Shown in pieces: positions 25,701 to 38,500 of a stretch of 64,000 nt of DNA (the first letter of the stretch is position 1; every line of letters begins with the position of its first letter). The position numbers and the translations under genes were made by a program. The notes under the pieces were generated by a model that did no database searches, was not told where the DNA came from, and saw only the letters and a list, made by a program, of their open reading frames with translations. The DNA is from Chara braunii (taxonomy: Eukaryota > Plantae > Charophyceae). The DNA lies in the NCBI GenBank assembly GCA_003427395.1, contig BFEA01000018.1:3594432-3658431 (forward strand), given 5' to 3'.

Positions 25701-28300
25701 GTTCGTTCCTAGGTTCATTTTTCTCACCTCAGACAGATTCTCAACTCAAGTATATAATACTTTTACTTTTGATATTTAGGTCCTGAAGAAAAGACATAAA
25801 CAGTATATCACACAGTTACACATGCAGTTCGATGGGAGGGTATAACCTGTAAGGGTATATGGAAAGAGAATGAAGCGCGCGTACCTTAAGGTTCCCTGCC
25901 TCCAGAGTTCCTCCTGAACTCCGGCAGAGCTCCCGCAATCGCTCTGCTTTTGTCCGTCTACTTGGTTTATACAATGATTTTCTGAAATTTTTATAATTAG
26001 CAAAAGAGAACATACTCAATTAAACACCATCAAATACTTATATCGGAAGAGATAGGTTTTCGAGAGCAAATGATATGAATGGAAGAAGACGGAGGAGGTA
26101 TATACCATCACAAATGTGATGACGTTTCTTCTCCTTCCTAATGCCTCACAATCCTCGTCAGTTTAGTCCTCAGTCAAACAAATAATAATAAAATCAATAA
26201 ACACCAATACTGATAATAATAATAATATTAAATAATAGTAATAAACGATAATAATAATAATAATAATAATAAAAGGTAGCATTTCCTCGCTAACTTCCAG
26301 AAAGATCAAAGAAAGGACCTTCTTCCTTTCATTTTCTCTTTTCCTCAGACATTTCCCTCACTCCTTCTCTCTTCACCTTCCTCCTTTCTCACTTCTCACT
26401 CTTTCTTTTCCCTGCATAACCCTGCCTTCTCCTTACTTTGCTATTTGGTTCTCACTATTCCTGTTTACTTTCATCCCCTCTTATACTTGTCTGTCCATAG
26501 GTCCGACCAAGTTCAAAGGACCCCTATCTAAGTTGTCATAGGTATGTCCAAGGCAGATCCGAACTGAGTCATACGTCCCCAGTTTGATGGTCTACTTAGT
26601 TTTGTCAGCAATGCCAATTGTATCAATGTACGTCCAGGCTTGAGCCCGGTACCGGTACCGGCGAACCCAGTCAATATCACGTATAAGTAAGGGATCAGTG
26701 AGCAAAACAGGCATGCATTCTGTTGCCGATGATGCGGAGGTGCTGTTGCAGCGGCTCGTGCTACGGGATCTGCAGGTTGTCCGTACCTAGCGAGGTCGCG
26801 AGGGTTTGAACTGCATATCCGTAGGTTAGCTGACGCAGATAGGTCTTAATGGTCAAGTGTGGACCAGTTTATAGTTGAGTCAGCGAAGGCACTCCTAGCA
26901 CCGACAGCAAAATAAAGTCCCAGTCGTACTTTGTCCAGTCAGCAGGTACCTAGTACCGATCTCATCAAAGTCCAGTTCTGCAAGTACCGTGTGGGACTGT
27001 GCATACTCAGGGCCCGGAAGAAATGAGGCGGTCCAGCCACGAACGGTAGTATAAATCCAGAGGAAGCTTCCAGTCATTCATTCATTTGTTGCGCGCGCCA
27101 TGCGGAAGCGCTGCCACAGCGACTTGTGCAAGGAGGTCTGCAGAGAGTCTAGTTTGGAGTTGAAGTGGGCAGGGAAGGAGAATGTAATCACAATGTAGCG
27201 GTAGAAGCGGCCATTGCCGCCATAGCCATAGTTAGAGTTTAGTGTGTGTGTGCGCGTGAGCAGCGGAATAGGGCGTAGTGACGAATGGTGAGCTTGTACA
27301 GGCTCTGATGAGCCATAGCCATCTGAAGTGAGCATGCATCTAAACTGTGTCCTTTGTTGCCATATCTCTGAGATCTGAGTGGGCGCCTGTCGCCGGTTGG
27401 CTGTGCTGCCTGATTACATGCATGTGAAGTGTGAAAGAAGGCAAGTTTGTCTGCAATAATAAAAACAACAATAATAATAATTATAATAATAATAATAATC
27501 ATAGTATATTATTTTTGCAAGGATATGAACGATAATGAGAATCTGCAATCAAACTGCAGCATACATATGAGACCAGATAGCCAAAACCTCAAACTAGTAG
27601 CAGAATTGTCGTACGAGTTTCACCAAACAAACAAGTGACAACGTTGAAGTGATCTCAGCATCATCAATAAAAGAACCAATGCCGATATCCTATCTGGTGC
27701 CCAGCGCCCAGACTACAAATGACAGATCCTACCTGTCCTATCTACCACGTCGCATGTGGCGTCTACAGCTCCCTGCAGTACGAGCAGGTCCCGGTCAATG
27801 CCGACTGCCTCAGACATCAGGTAACTTTTCACCAGCTGACTTCTCTTCCCATCCCTTCTGCTTTCTCTTCTCTCTCTTTCTCTCTCCTCCTACCTTCTCA
27901 GTCTAGTCTGGGTTCTTCTACGGGACTACTGCAGTACTAGAGATGGTTACGAATTTTGGTGACATATGAGACAACGACATTGGGACTACGAGTTGAGGAC
28001 TATTTAGGGATCTGATTTCATCTTCCTTTCGGAGATGTACTGGGATATTGTGAGACTTGCCATTTGCGACATTTCGGATTTTCGTCACTTCTGACAGTTC
28101 AAGATACTATCTTTGGAATCATTGAGTTGACGTCATCTTCCTCCTCCTCTTCCTTCGTCTCTTACCTGTTTTTTCTCTCATCCTCCGCAAACGCAGCGCG
28201 ATCTGTCGTGAAGTGCGACATGCCGAGGCCACTGCATGGAGAATCCGACCATCGCACATTTCGCCTTCCAACAAGTCGGATGGATGACGAGTCCAAGCTC
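22800..28300 (-). pseudogene. Unidentified multi-exon gene remnant (probably TE-borne)
   Basis: K/E/R-rich minus-strand ORF pieces bounded by canonical splice sites, e.g. exon 25981-25885, intron 25884-25783 (GTACGC..TCTTTTCTTCAG), exon 25782-25728, intron 25727-23716; stops present; extent uncertain. Confidence 0.35.
23739..25480. repeat. Array of ~19 stem-loop units with a CTC-ACCC-GGGAG-like core, organised as a ~350-420-bp higher-order repeat
   Basis: Core recurs roughly every 60-170 bp; long hairpin TAGACTTAGGA..TCCTAAGTCTA at ~24520, ~24865 and ~25277. Confidence 0.85.
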
Positions 28301-29244
28301 AACAACATCGCCGGCACCGATCGCACGACTTGTCCTCCTCTTCCTTTCCCCTCTCCTTCTCTCCTCCTCCTCCTTCTTCTTTTACTTCTTTTTCTTCCTC
28401 TTTCTTCTTCTTCTTCTTCTTCTTCTTCTTCTTCTTCTTCTTCTTCTTCTTGCTCGCCTCCTCCTTCACTTGCGAGCCCGTATTCGTTCTGCGTTCCCCT
28501 TCTGCCCTTGCTTGCTTACCTTCCCTGCGCACACTCTATGCCAGCTTATGCTACCCTCACGCGGCTCCCCCTTCCGCTCTTCTTTGCGCCCTCCCCCTTC
28601 TTCTTCTTCTTTTTCTTCTCGTCACTTCCTTCCCTCGCAGTTTCCTCCCATCCCGCGCTTCCTTTCCTCTTTCCCGCGATACTTCATCTCCTGCCTTCGC
28701 TTCCTTCGCGAGTTCCCTTCCTCCAACCCGCGCACTCCTCCCCGTTCTTGCGCCCGTGCATCATCCTTTCCCGGCGCACGCGCGTCATCTTTCAAGTCGA
28801 GACCCCCCCTGCACTTGCACTACGTATTGCGCTATCTCTTCCTTCCTCCCACGCTACTGAACATGCCATGTTCCTTGATCACACGCCCTGCCTGTAGCCA
28901 AGCTCGACCGGGTAGCAAACGAGGCGGGAGGTGTTGATAATGAATCTACCCCACTACCCGGGCAGTTCCATTAAGGTATTTTTAATAAAGTGAGTTGTGA
29001 AAACAAAAAGAAAAAGGAAAAGATCAACAAAAAATTAAAAAAAATAAAAATGAGAGAAATAATAAAGTAAAATAAAGAATAAAAACTAACAAAATCTAAC
29101 AGTTAACGGCCCTAAACTGCCAAGTGTCGGACCCGATATACTCGGTTTCAACTAACCTTAACTAATTCCACCACGGAGGTCGCGGGTTCGAATCCCGACA
29201 GACTGAGCCCGGACAAAAATACTACGGAGCTCCTTCACAAAAGG

Positions 29245-29325
29245 AGTTAGCTCGGCTGTCAAGTGGATTCGTTCCCTGCACCCTCTGCTTGAAAGCCTGC
29301 ACCTTAAACCTACTGAGCTAGCTCC
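29245..29325 (-). other. Degenerate tRNA-like (SINE head) sequence, with an opposite-strand B-box fragment at ~29177-29212
   Basis: Minus strand GGAGCTAGCTCAGTAGG..GAACGAATCC; plus strand GGTTCGAATCCC. Confidence 0.4.
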
Positions 29326-30295
29326 TACTCTGGTTAAGAGAGGAGCCGCTCAGGCATAAGTAGAGTATCGGGGCTCAGCCCACCTGGTGGCCTGAGTCTG
29401 TTTCCAAGTCTGTGTGTGTGCACGCACGCCGGTCTGCATGCCAGTCTGAGTGCTTGTTGGCCTGAGTGTGTGTGTGACCCGCGAGGGTACTTGGTCGTTC
29501 GGAAGGCCCGAAGGGCCGGTACTTGATTGTGCCCGTGACATTGAGGGTTGCGATAGGGAAAACACTCAAGTAGCGGGTATGCCGGTATCACATCGGTACA
29601 GATTGATGTGCGGGGCACTCAAGGCCGCGCGAAGGAAGACAGCAGTTGGCATTTTTAGAGGTCCACACCGGTCGTCGCCACTTGGTGTGGTGGTGGCTCA
29701 TTTCTATTGGTCGCCCTGGCCGCGCGGCCAGGGCTTATATTATTATTTTAGTCTGCTTTCGAGCTTACGGCGGCACGACGAACAGATTTTCCCGTATTGG
29801 TCGGTCCGATGCTTCTTAACTCATTCTAATTCAATTTTGCCTTACCGCCTGAACCTTTGACAGATTTAGATCGTGGTCGCCACATCCCACGCGACCTTCT
29901 CTCGTTTTCTGCCAACCCTCCGGTCCTCGCGGCCAAAGATTTTTAATTTTTACTAACCCTTACTTGTTGTCATATGCATCTTATCACTGCATATGATCGC
30001 CTAAAAATCTCGGCCTCAATGGTCGAGAAGTTTGCTTCACATCGCCAAGCCAAAAAAAATTCTCACATTTTACCCCAGACCGTCCCCGGTACGGTAACCG
30101 GCGTCGATCCTGCATCGAATGTAAAATCATGAGCAAATCCCCTTGTAAGGGTGTTTGCTCCGACAGCGTACTCGTTGACTTACCGTGAGGGCACGGGTGC
30201 GCAACCCGTAGTTCGTTTGTTTATGTGGTTCAAGAAGGGTAAGGTAGTGATTATGCTATATGTATGTTTTGTCATGTTCGCTATACACAACTCGT

Positions 30296-30348
<53 letters not shown>

Positions 30349-30380
30349 AAGAGAGAGAGAGAGAGTGAGAGATAGTGTGC

Positions 30381-30474
<94 letters not shown>

Positions 30475-30526
30475 GTGGATGCATTTAGGCAATCTTCTGC
30501 GTTTGGCGGGCCTGTTTTGAGACGAA

Positions 30527-30648
30527 GGGCCTCGCTCAACTACTCTCAAGATGCACAAACGACAAAAATCATAGTGGTGTATCTTGCCATGTTGTAGCGG
30601 AAGATTCACTCTCGTTTTGCACATTTCGAGAGTAGTGGAGCGAGGCCC
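30527..30648. mobile_element. PIF/Harbinger-like MITE (~120 bp)
   Basis: TIR GGGCCTCGCTC(A/C)ACTACTCTC; homologous to 46237-46358 and to fragments near 3808, 33312, 60975 and 61230. Confidence 0.75.
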
Positions 30649-30796
30649 AAAGCCTCAAGGCCAGTCGTGCTTCAACAGGCTACGTTTGGCTGGCAGACTC
30701 TCGTAAGGGAAAAAAAGAAAAAAGAAAAACAGGGACAGGTTTTTGTGCATTGCGCTGTGTTACTTGACGACACGTATTTTTTCATTCGGAGACCAA

Positions 30797-32905
30797 GGGT
30801 CTCGCTCCACGACTGTCCACTGTACAAAACAAACTGACAGTTCGTGGACAGCTATCGGAGCGTACAAAAATTGTGGAAACGCGGCATTGATCCACTTGCT
30901 GTACACTATGGGTCTCGCTCCACTACACTAGATTCACGAAAAAAATTGTGAGTGCTTCTAGAGCTGTCAGAGGTCTAGAACTCATGAAAAAAGAAGCATC
31001 GCTCCACTTAGTACTCCAGACTCAAGAACTATAGAAGCACTGATGAATTTCTCAGCAGGACATGACAGCGCAAGGAATATGAGCAAGAGCGATATACAGA
31101 AAACCAGGTTGCGAAATCACACAGATGTCCAAGTAGTCATGTACAACTTGAAGCAGAGAGCGCAAATTCACCGAGATTCCATCCAGATAAGAGCAATACA
31201 ATGAACTCACGAGCCAATGTCCAAGCCCTCAGGCCACACGAACACCGTATCCAATGTCGCTCCTACTCTGTCTGGCGCCTAGCGTCCAGCCTACGCTACT
31301 CGCCTATCCTACTACACCAGCGTTCACGCAGCAGGCTCACTTCAACTTTGAAGACCAAGGAACATGACATCAACACCATAGCTGACCTCCCTCATGCACC
31401 AGGTATGTATCTCGTCTCTCACCTCATCACCCCTGACTTACCACGGTGTGCATTCTCAACACCCAAAGACCACCATCGCCATCCAGACCTGCGCCCAGAA
31501 GCCCGGCTATGGCTGCCGTGCGCCCACTGCCCAGCAGTGCACCTCACACTCCAGCGCCCGTGCGTGCGACCCAGCCGGCAGCTTCGTGCAGATCACGAAG
31601 TTGCAACGCAGCAACGTGGCAGCATTGCCTGCCTAGGCCAGAATGCCCCGCCCAGCGATGTTCACTTTCCTATATGGAAACTGAGCTCGGCCTCTGCTGC
31701 CTCTGGTCCTGGCTGGGCGAACATCCAGTAGCTTCCGGGCCTCAGTGCCTGTGCCCAGGCCCAGTTGCAGTTACGACCTGGGCCCTTTACAGTTGGGCAC
31801 ATCCAGGCAGTCCACCGGCCTCCACATGTTCAAGTTCGCTGTGATCTCATTGGCTCTCGGCCACTATGTGCCGACAATGCTGCAATCTCATTGGCCCGTG
31901 GCTGTTGTATGATGTGTCAGCCTCTGAAAGCACACGCCCAGGGCTGTAACTGTACGGGGCCCTGCCTCAACTGCCCGCCGAGGCTGCAACTTCCGGAAAG
32001 AGCCTAGAGAGGCTCGCGTTGCTCTGTAACCAACTGGCGTGCTGCAACTCTCCGATACCCACATATGGAAAAATGTCAAATCTTGGCCTCTTGTGAATAT
32101 TCAGGCCCGCCTTCACTTAGGGCGGGCACAGGGTTTGCTGAGGGCCTCTGCCCAGAAAATGTGCATGTCTGTTAAGGGCCCATGAGAGGGCTCATTCCCC
32201 GCACATATACGACCTCTTTAGGGTGATCACACTGGCCTGTACCCATGCCTTGGCACATATTGGCAGGCCTGCCTTCACTTAGGGCGGGCAAGGCCTTTCC
32301 CAGCACTGCCAAGGGGTCAAATCCTCGCAACAGCCCTTTTACAGCGATAGATGACAGCGCCAGCTCGTTCTGATGGTCGGGGCAGGAGGCACACTCGCGA
32401 AAATAAAGAGGCCGGAGCACGGGTAGGAGGGAGGACACTAGAATTCGTGAGCATCGCAGGCTGTCAACTCTATACAAATAGAGAGTACCCTTCGAGAGAA
32501 CTTTCTGACAGCTCTCGAAGGGAGGGTGTTGTCACGAGTTCCAATCCAGAGTAAGTGGAGCTACGTGTTACTCTCGAAACTTTGGGAGTCTAGAGTAGTG
32601 GAGCGAGACCCTATTCAACACCCGTTACGAGACACGGGCGCAGCACTACAAGACAGCCTCGATAGCATTTTGTACGACCAGACTCCAGGCTCGCTGTCCG
32701 AAAAGGCGGAGGGTCCATGGGTTCCTAAGAGGACAGTCCATGAAAGTTCTCGTGCAGGCCGGGAGCTTATACAAAAATGGACAGTCAATTTTCCACGGTA
32801 TTTCTGACAAATGTCCAAGCCATTTTGCACGCCTACAATGGACAGTAAGTGGAGTGACGTCCCACTGTCCATTTTCGTACAGTGGATAGTAGTGGAGCGA
32901 GGCCC
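30797..32905. mobile_element. Harbinger-like non-autonomous element (TSD CAA) containing a nested relative at 30910-32611 (TSD TAT)
   Basis: Two concentric TIR pairs GGG(T/C)CTCGCTCCAC, each with its own 3-bp TSD. Confidence 0.8.
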
Positions 32906-33625
32906 CAAGTCTCAACAGTGTCCTATCTGTTTTGTGCTGTATACTGATGTGGCTTACGACTGACAGTGCTGTATAATCGTAAATTCGCACCCGTATAATT
33001 TGTTCGCAGGCCGTAGGGGCTGCGTTTACCATGTCGTTTTGTGTCGAACATGCTGGTGGTCGTTGGGCGTGTACCGGTAGCCGGGGCGTCAGATGGTCGT
33101 AGGGAAGGTGGCAGGATTAAGGGAGAGGGGTTTGAGTGGTGGGAATCCGTTGACGACCTGAAGTTGTGGGCGGCGGCCGAAATTTTGACGGCCTGCTATC
33201 GAAGACCGAGGAGTCGCGCAGTTGGGGGGATCAAGGGGTTCGAGGGGTTGTTTTTGCGGTGGAGTCGGATCGGATCCGGTGGAGTCGGATCTCTGGAGTG
33301 GATGTTAGATCGGGCCTCGCTCCACTGCTCACCAATGTGTGCAAAATGAGAATGAATATACCGGTAGACCATGACAAGATACACCGCCATATATTTTGTC
33401 GTTTGTGCACATTTTTTTTGTTCAATTATCTTTTTAATTATTTTTAAGAAGATTTTCCCGTTTGTTCTTTCTCCTGCTACCTTTCTAACGGCGGCCATCT
33501 GTGCACTCGTGTGAATCGGGCTGCAAGAACGAGCAGAGACATTGTGTTTTAAGTTCTTTTTTTTTTTGCGTGTGTGGCTGGGTTCCACTGACTGACGGGC
33601 CAGGGATTTGCCCGTTGGTTCTGTG

Positions 33626-33699
33626 ATTTTATTCGATTCGTTGCGTGTGGTGTGACGTCCCTCGGGCAAGGAGCCATGCAGATCTTCTTTGTATCGTTC
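33626..33699 (-). pseudogene. Highly decayed U6 snRNA copy
   Basis: Minus strand GAACGATACAAAGAAGATCTGCATGGCTCCTTGC..ACACGCA..AATCGA resembles the U6 core. Confidence 0.55.
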
Positions 33700-34060
33700 T
33701 TTTTTTTTGAGGTATTATCATCGGACTAACCGGCCCAGGGTGGCCTGATAGCCCAGGGTGGCCTTTTCAGCCCAGGGTGACCTGATAGCCTTAGGGTGGC
33801 CTGACAGCCTTCAGGAAACCCCCTGCTGGGGGACACTGGCCAGGAGGACAGCCGGTAGCAGAGGGACCGAGCATCATCTGAGTGGCCAGTCGCTGTGCCT
33901 CCCTGAGTACCCCTCCCCCTATGAACATGAGCAGAGAGTTTTGGCGGAAGTTTTTTTTTTTGGGCTTTTAATTTTCCCTTTTTTTTTGTTGTTCTTTTTG
34001 TAAAGCTGAGGAAAGTGAATGCCGCCTTGTTGAAGCGTGGATGGTTTTCCCTTCTAATTT

Positions 34061-34100
<40 letters not shown>

Positions 34101-35550
34101 TGTTGTTGTTGTTGTTTTTGTTGTTGTTGTTGTTGTTTTTTTTCCTCCTAATTTTAAAGATGGGTGTACTTTCCCTTTTTTTTTTTTTTTTCTTTTTCTT
34201 TTCGAGAGAGTGTCCACTAACGACGTGACAAAAACAAACTGGGCTAACCTACCAGCCGATTGGCCTGAAACCTGCAATCCCAGCGACTTTATCCCAGTCA
34301 AAACCTACTGAAACCTACTGAAACCTACTGAAACCTACTGAAAGGTATTGAAGCCTCTAATCTTTCTTTTTTTTTTTTTTTTTTTTTTTTAACCAAAACA
34401 CTGATGTCTTATTACAAAAAGCCGGAAAGCGGGTCCAGCGTCCCTCACAAAAGTAGGCGGGGCTCTCAGCGNNNNNNNNNNNNNNNNNNNNNNNNNNNNN
34501 NNNNNNNNNNNNNNNNNNNNNNNNNNNNNNNNNNNNNNNNNNNNNNNNNNNNNNNNNNNNNNNNNNNNNNNNNNNNNNNNNNNNNNNNNNNNNNNNNNNN
34601 NNNNNNNNNNNNNNNNNNNNNNNNNNNNNNNNNNNNNNNNNTTTTTTTTTTTGAAAAGGCCCTTGCGCAAGTCCTCTATCCTGGTGGTGGTAAGAGAACC
34701 ACCGGGATTGAGGCTTGCCTGGTGGGCCGCTCCATCTATTGGTGGGGAGCAACACCTGCTGGAAACCGGGTCCAGCGTCCCGTAAATACATCTTGTCAAA
34801 CAATACATCTTGTCAAACAATACATCTTGAGAAGTGACGCCATTGTGCTGGAAAACGGGTCCAGCGTCCCATGTCCAATCTACTCTCCCTTACCAAAGCT
34901 GCAGCAGGGTCGGGTATTGGGGGGAGAAACCCCCGGGGGGCACCAGTGGAGTCTCCCCTCCTCCCATAGCCTCTGCCATCCACCTACTATCCTTATGGCG
35001 TCTAGTGTGTTTTNCACTCTGTANTAGCAATTGTTTGGGGAAAGGCTAAGATANCAGACAATGCAAATGAACAGACATGTGTTGCACAGACGTCAGCTGG
35101 CATAAGGTGCCTGTTGTGACTGTTTTTCAGCTGAAACCAGAATTGTGCCGCACTGTCCTTAAAGAGAGTAATCAGCACAATGCTGGAAACCGGGTCCAGT
35201 GTCCCATATCTGGTCAATATGTTCAATCCAAAAATGCTGGAAACCGGGTCCAGTGTCCCTTAGCTGCTCTGTGTCCAATCCAACTCTGCTGGAAACCGGG
35301 TCCAGCGCCCTCTGTCATTCTATGGATCTCCCCCTGGAGGGGGGAAAATTTCTTCTAAAGCCAAGGGGTGAGGGGGGAAGGGGTCTGCAAACTCTTGAGC
35401 AGGGCGTAGCCTCTCACCGGGGTCTATATTGGTCCAGTCGTGGAAGATCAGCTGATAGTCTCTTGCAATCCCTGCTTGGAGTCCTTCAGGCGGTTGTTCT
35501 TCCGCCTGGCTATCCCCAGACCATCTTATCTCAGCCACCCACCCTTTTCT

Positions 35551-38500
35551 CTACCCTCCCAGCCAGTCTTGACCAAATCGGGAGATAGTCCGAGTGATGT
35601 CTCCTGGGGCGTGCAATTGGTCAAGCTTATTCCTGGCTGTCTTCCACTGAGCTGCAATCTCATGTTGGAAAAGCAGACGTAGTTGTTCCATGACTTCTCC
35701 TTCCTCCACACGTGCCCCTTCCACTTCCAAAATGCATCGCTTCCGCCAAATAGTCCAAAGAACGGTCCTCCTGCCCAGCTGGAACATGTTCTCTTCAAAT
35801 GTGGTCCCCTGGACCGGGGGATAGTAGCCCAGTAGTATGGCCCTCCATTCCCATGGCCATTCTATATTGGGGATAATATGACGCCAAATCCTGTCCCAAC
35901 TCCTCCATAATAGCACTGATGCTGGGCATTGGAGGAAGATGTGTTCGATTGTCTCCGCACGTTTTCTCCCTGGATAGCTGCGGAGGCAACTGTGGCACCA
36001 TGGTACTGCCCGTCCTTGCTGTTCCAGGTGGGAATGCTCTATTAGCCAGTCATTGGTTGGCACGCATCGGTGTGCTATTTGCCACTGGAGGGCAGCAATC
36101 TTTGCAGGTCTGTCCCTATAATGCATGAACCATCGGATGGGTTTGAGCAGACCGCGGTCCACATTGAGATGCCGATACCATCTGTCCTCTACTAGTTCCC
36201 GCAGTCTTCGCTTAGGGCGGAGCATTCGGTAAACTGATTTGGTTTTCAATTTATGTAACATTAATTGTTTTGTTGTTCCCTGCCTAGAACGACCTTCCTG
36301 GGACCAGCGCCACTCATCAGGGTCAAAGGGAAGATCCTCTATCGGCGTCGTTGGTCGGTACGCTCTCCAGCACCTGCCATCATCTAGAACTCTGATACGA
36401 AATAGGTTCATGCTGTCTTTCCAGATGAAGGGCTGCCGGTTTCCTTGTAGCTCCACATCCCTTTGGACGGAGAAGACCTCGATCAGGGCTCGGTCTTGGT
36501 TAGTAATGTGCACCCGCCCTACTTCCTTATCGTGGCCAGGTAGCCCTACCCAATCCCCTTCCTTCAAGTGAGGGCCTTTTCGAAGGGTACTATACCATTG
36601 GAGAGGGAAACTCTCAATGAGTTCATTAAGCGCTGATTCTGTGAAATGGCAGCATCGCAACTAAGACCGCATCCTTTCTACGCTCTTCCAGCCCCTCGCC
36701 TCTTTGTCCCAGAGGTCCCCTACTTTGCTAACGTTGTGTTTCACCCAGCCCTTCCAGGGGGAATCAGAGTTGCACCTTACGCGGCCCAAAGGATCCGTGA
36801 TCAAACGATTTTCGAACAGTGGTTGTCTGAAGATTTCTTCCCATCTATCCGGAGCCAGACGGTCCGGTGGCGGGAGCTTTTTCCATGTGCGTATGAGGCG
36901 CAGCCAGTGTTTGTCTGCCGGGTCCCTGTTTCTGTATTTCCTTGGGAGCCTCCAGTGCCTATCTTGCAACCAGATCAACGGGTCGATCTCAGGCGGGGCT
37001 TCTGGGGCCAGGGCCGAAATTTGTGCCAAAGCTAGGGGGGGTCAGGGGGAGGATGGCGAAAAGATGATGTGCTGGATCAGCGAAACGTGAGGGCCTGAAA
37101 TTGTGTGGCTGGGTCCACAATTCCCAGTCCCCCTCTGGCTTTAGGTTGAATTACTGAATCTCATGCCACTCGGCTAATCGCGTGGAGGTTGTTACTATCT
37201 CCTCTCCAAAGGAAGGCTGCTAGTTGTTGTTTTAATGCCCTAAGCCCCCCCCCACTCATGGACCATATGATGGATTTGTACCAGAGGATGGCTAGCACCA
37301 CATTGTTTATGACCAGGGCCCGCCCAAATATGGATGTGTGTTTTTTATTCCATAATTTAAGTTTGGCGTTTGCGGGTCCTGCCAGCCATTCATCGTTGGT
37401 CACCGGCTTTCCTTTTGCTGTGATAAGGGCTCCTAGGACTCTTAGCGGGTCGTCTGGGGGAAGCCATGTGATTCTCGGGTTTTCAGGGGGCCTTCCCCCT
37501 TGGTGATGCATCCACCAGCCCACGGTCTTCTGCCCCCAGTTCACTGCCATGTCTGATAAACGACAAAACCGATTCATTAGTTTTTGGATTTCTTCCATGT
37601 TCTGGTCTGTGGCCTCCAACATGATGGTGAGATCGTCGGCAAAAAGAGAGCATATTGGTACCGCCTCTTCCGGAATGTTAGTGATTTTAATACGGGAGAG
37701 GTCTTTATTCTGTCTAAGATTGGACGAGAGTGCCTCCATTATGACTATAAAGAGATAAGGAGCGATGGGGTCCCCTTGTCTCATGAAGCTCAAAAGGGGG
37801 GGCTATCGACCCATTGACCTGTACGCAAGTAGTAGCATTATGATAAAGGATCCTGACCCAGCGTCGAAAAATGGGACAAAAATTCATCTTTCTCAGGCAT
37901 TGATCAAGAAAATGTCAGTCTACGTGGTCATAGGCCTTTTCAAAATCAATGAATATGATGGTCGCGTTCGCTCTGTTTCGTTGGGCCAGTTGGACCACTT
38001 CGTTTACTAATAGGATATTCTCCTGTATATTTCTGTCGGCCATGAATCCTGTTTGGGCCGGGTGTATGACGTCTTCAAGGATGGCCGCCATGCGGTTTGC
38101 CAATGCTTTTGAGAGCATTTTGTATACTACTGTGAGTAATGTAATAGGTCTATAATTCCTGATATTCATTTTGTCGCCCTTTTTGTATAGCAGCGATAGT
38201 ACTCCTCTCCCCACTGTTTCCCCCATGTCCCCAGCATTCCACACTTCCTGATAGTATTCCCATAAGTCCGTGCTCAGATCCCCCCACATGGTTTCCCAAA
38301 ATTCCTTGGGGAAACCGTCGATGCCGGTTGTTTTTTCTTCCTTCATCTGGAGGAGTGTTGTCCAGATCTCATTTTTGGATAGTGTTTCCTCCAGCTTTTC
38401 TCGCTGCTGCAGGGTGAGGTGTCGATCCAATGGCGTCAAGAATTCTTCTAATTCATGATCCCTTTGTTCCTCTTGCGAGGGCGGGATCTGGGACGTGTAA

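Noticed and set aside
22260-29640. LTR retrotransposon boundaries
   Set aside because: No matching LTR pair, PBS, PPT or gag-pol motifs could be found by eye
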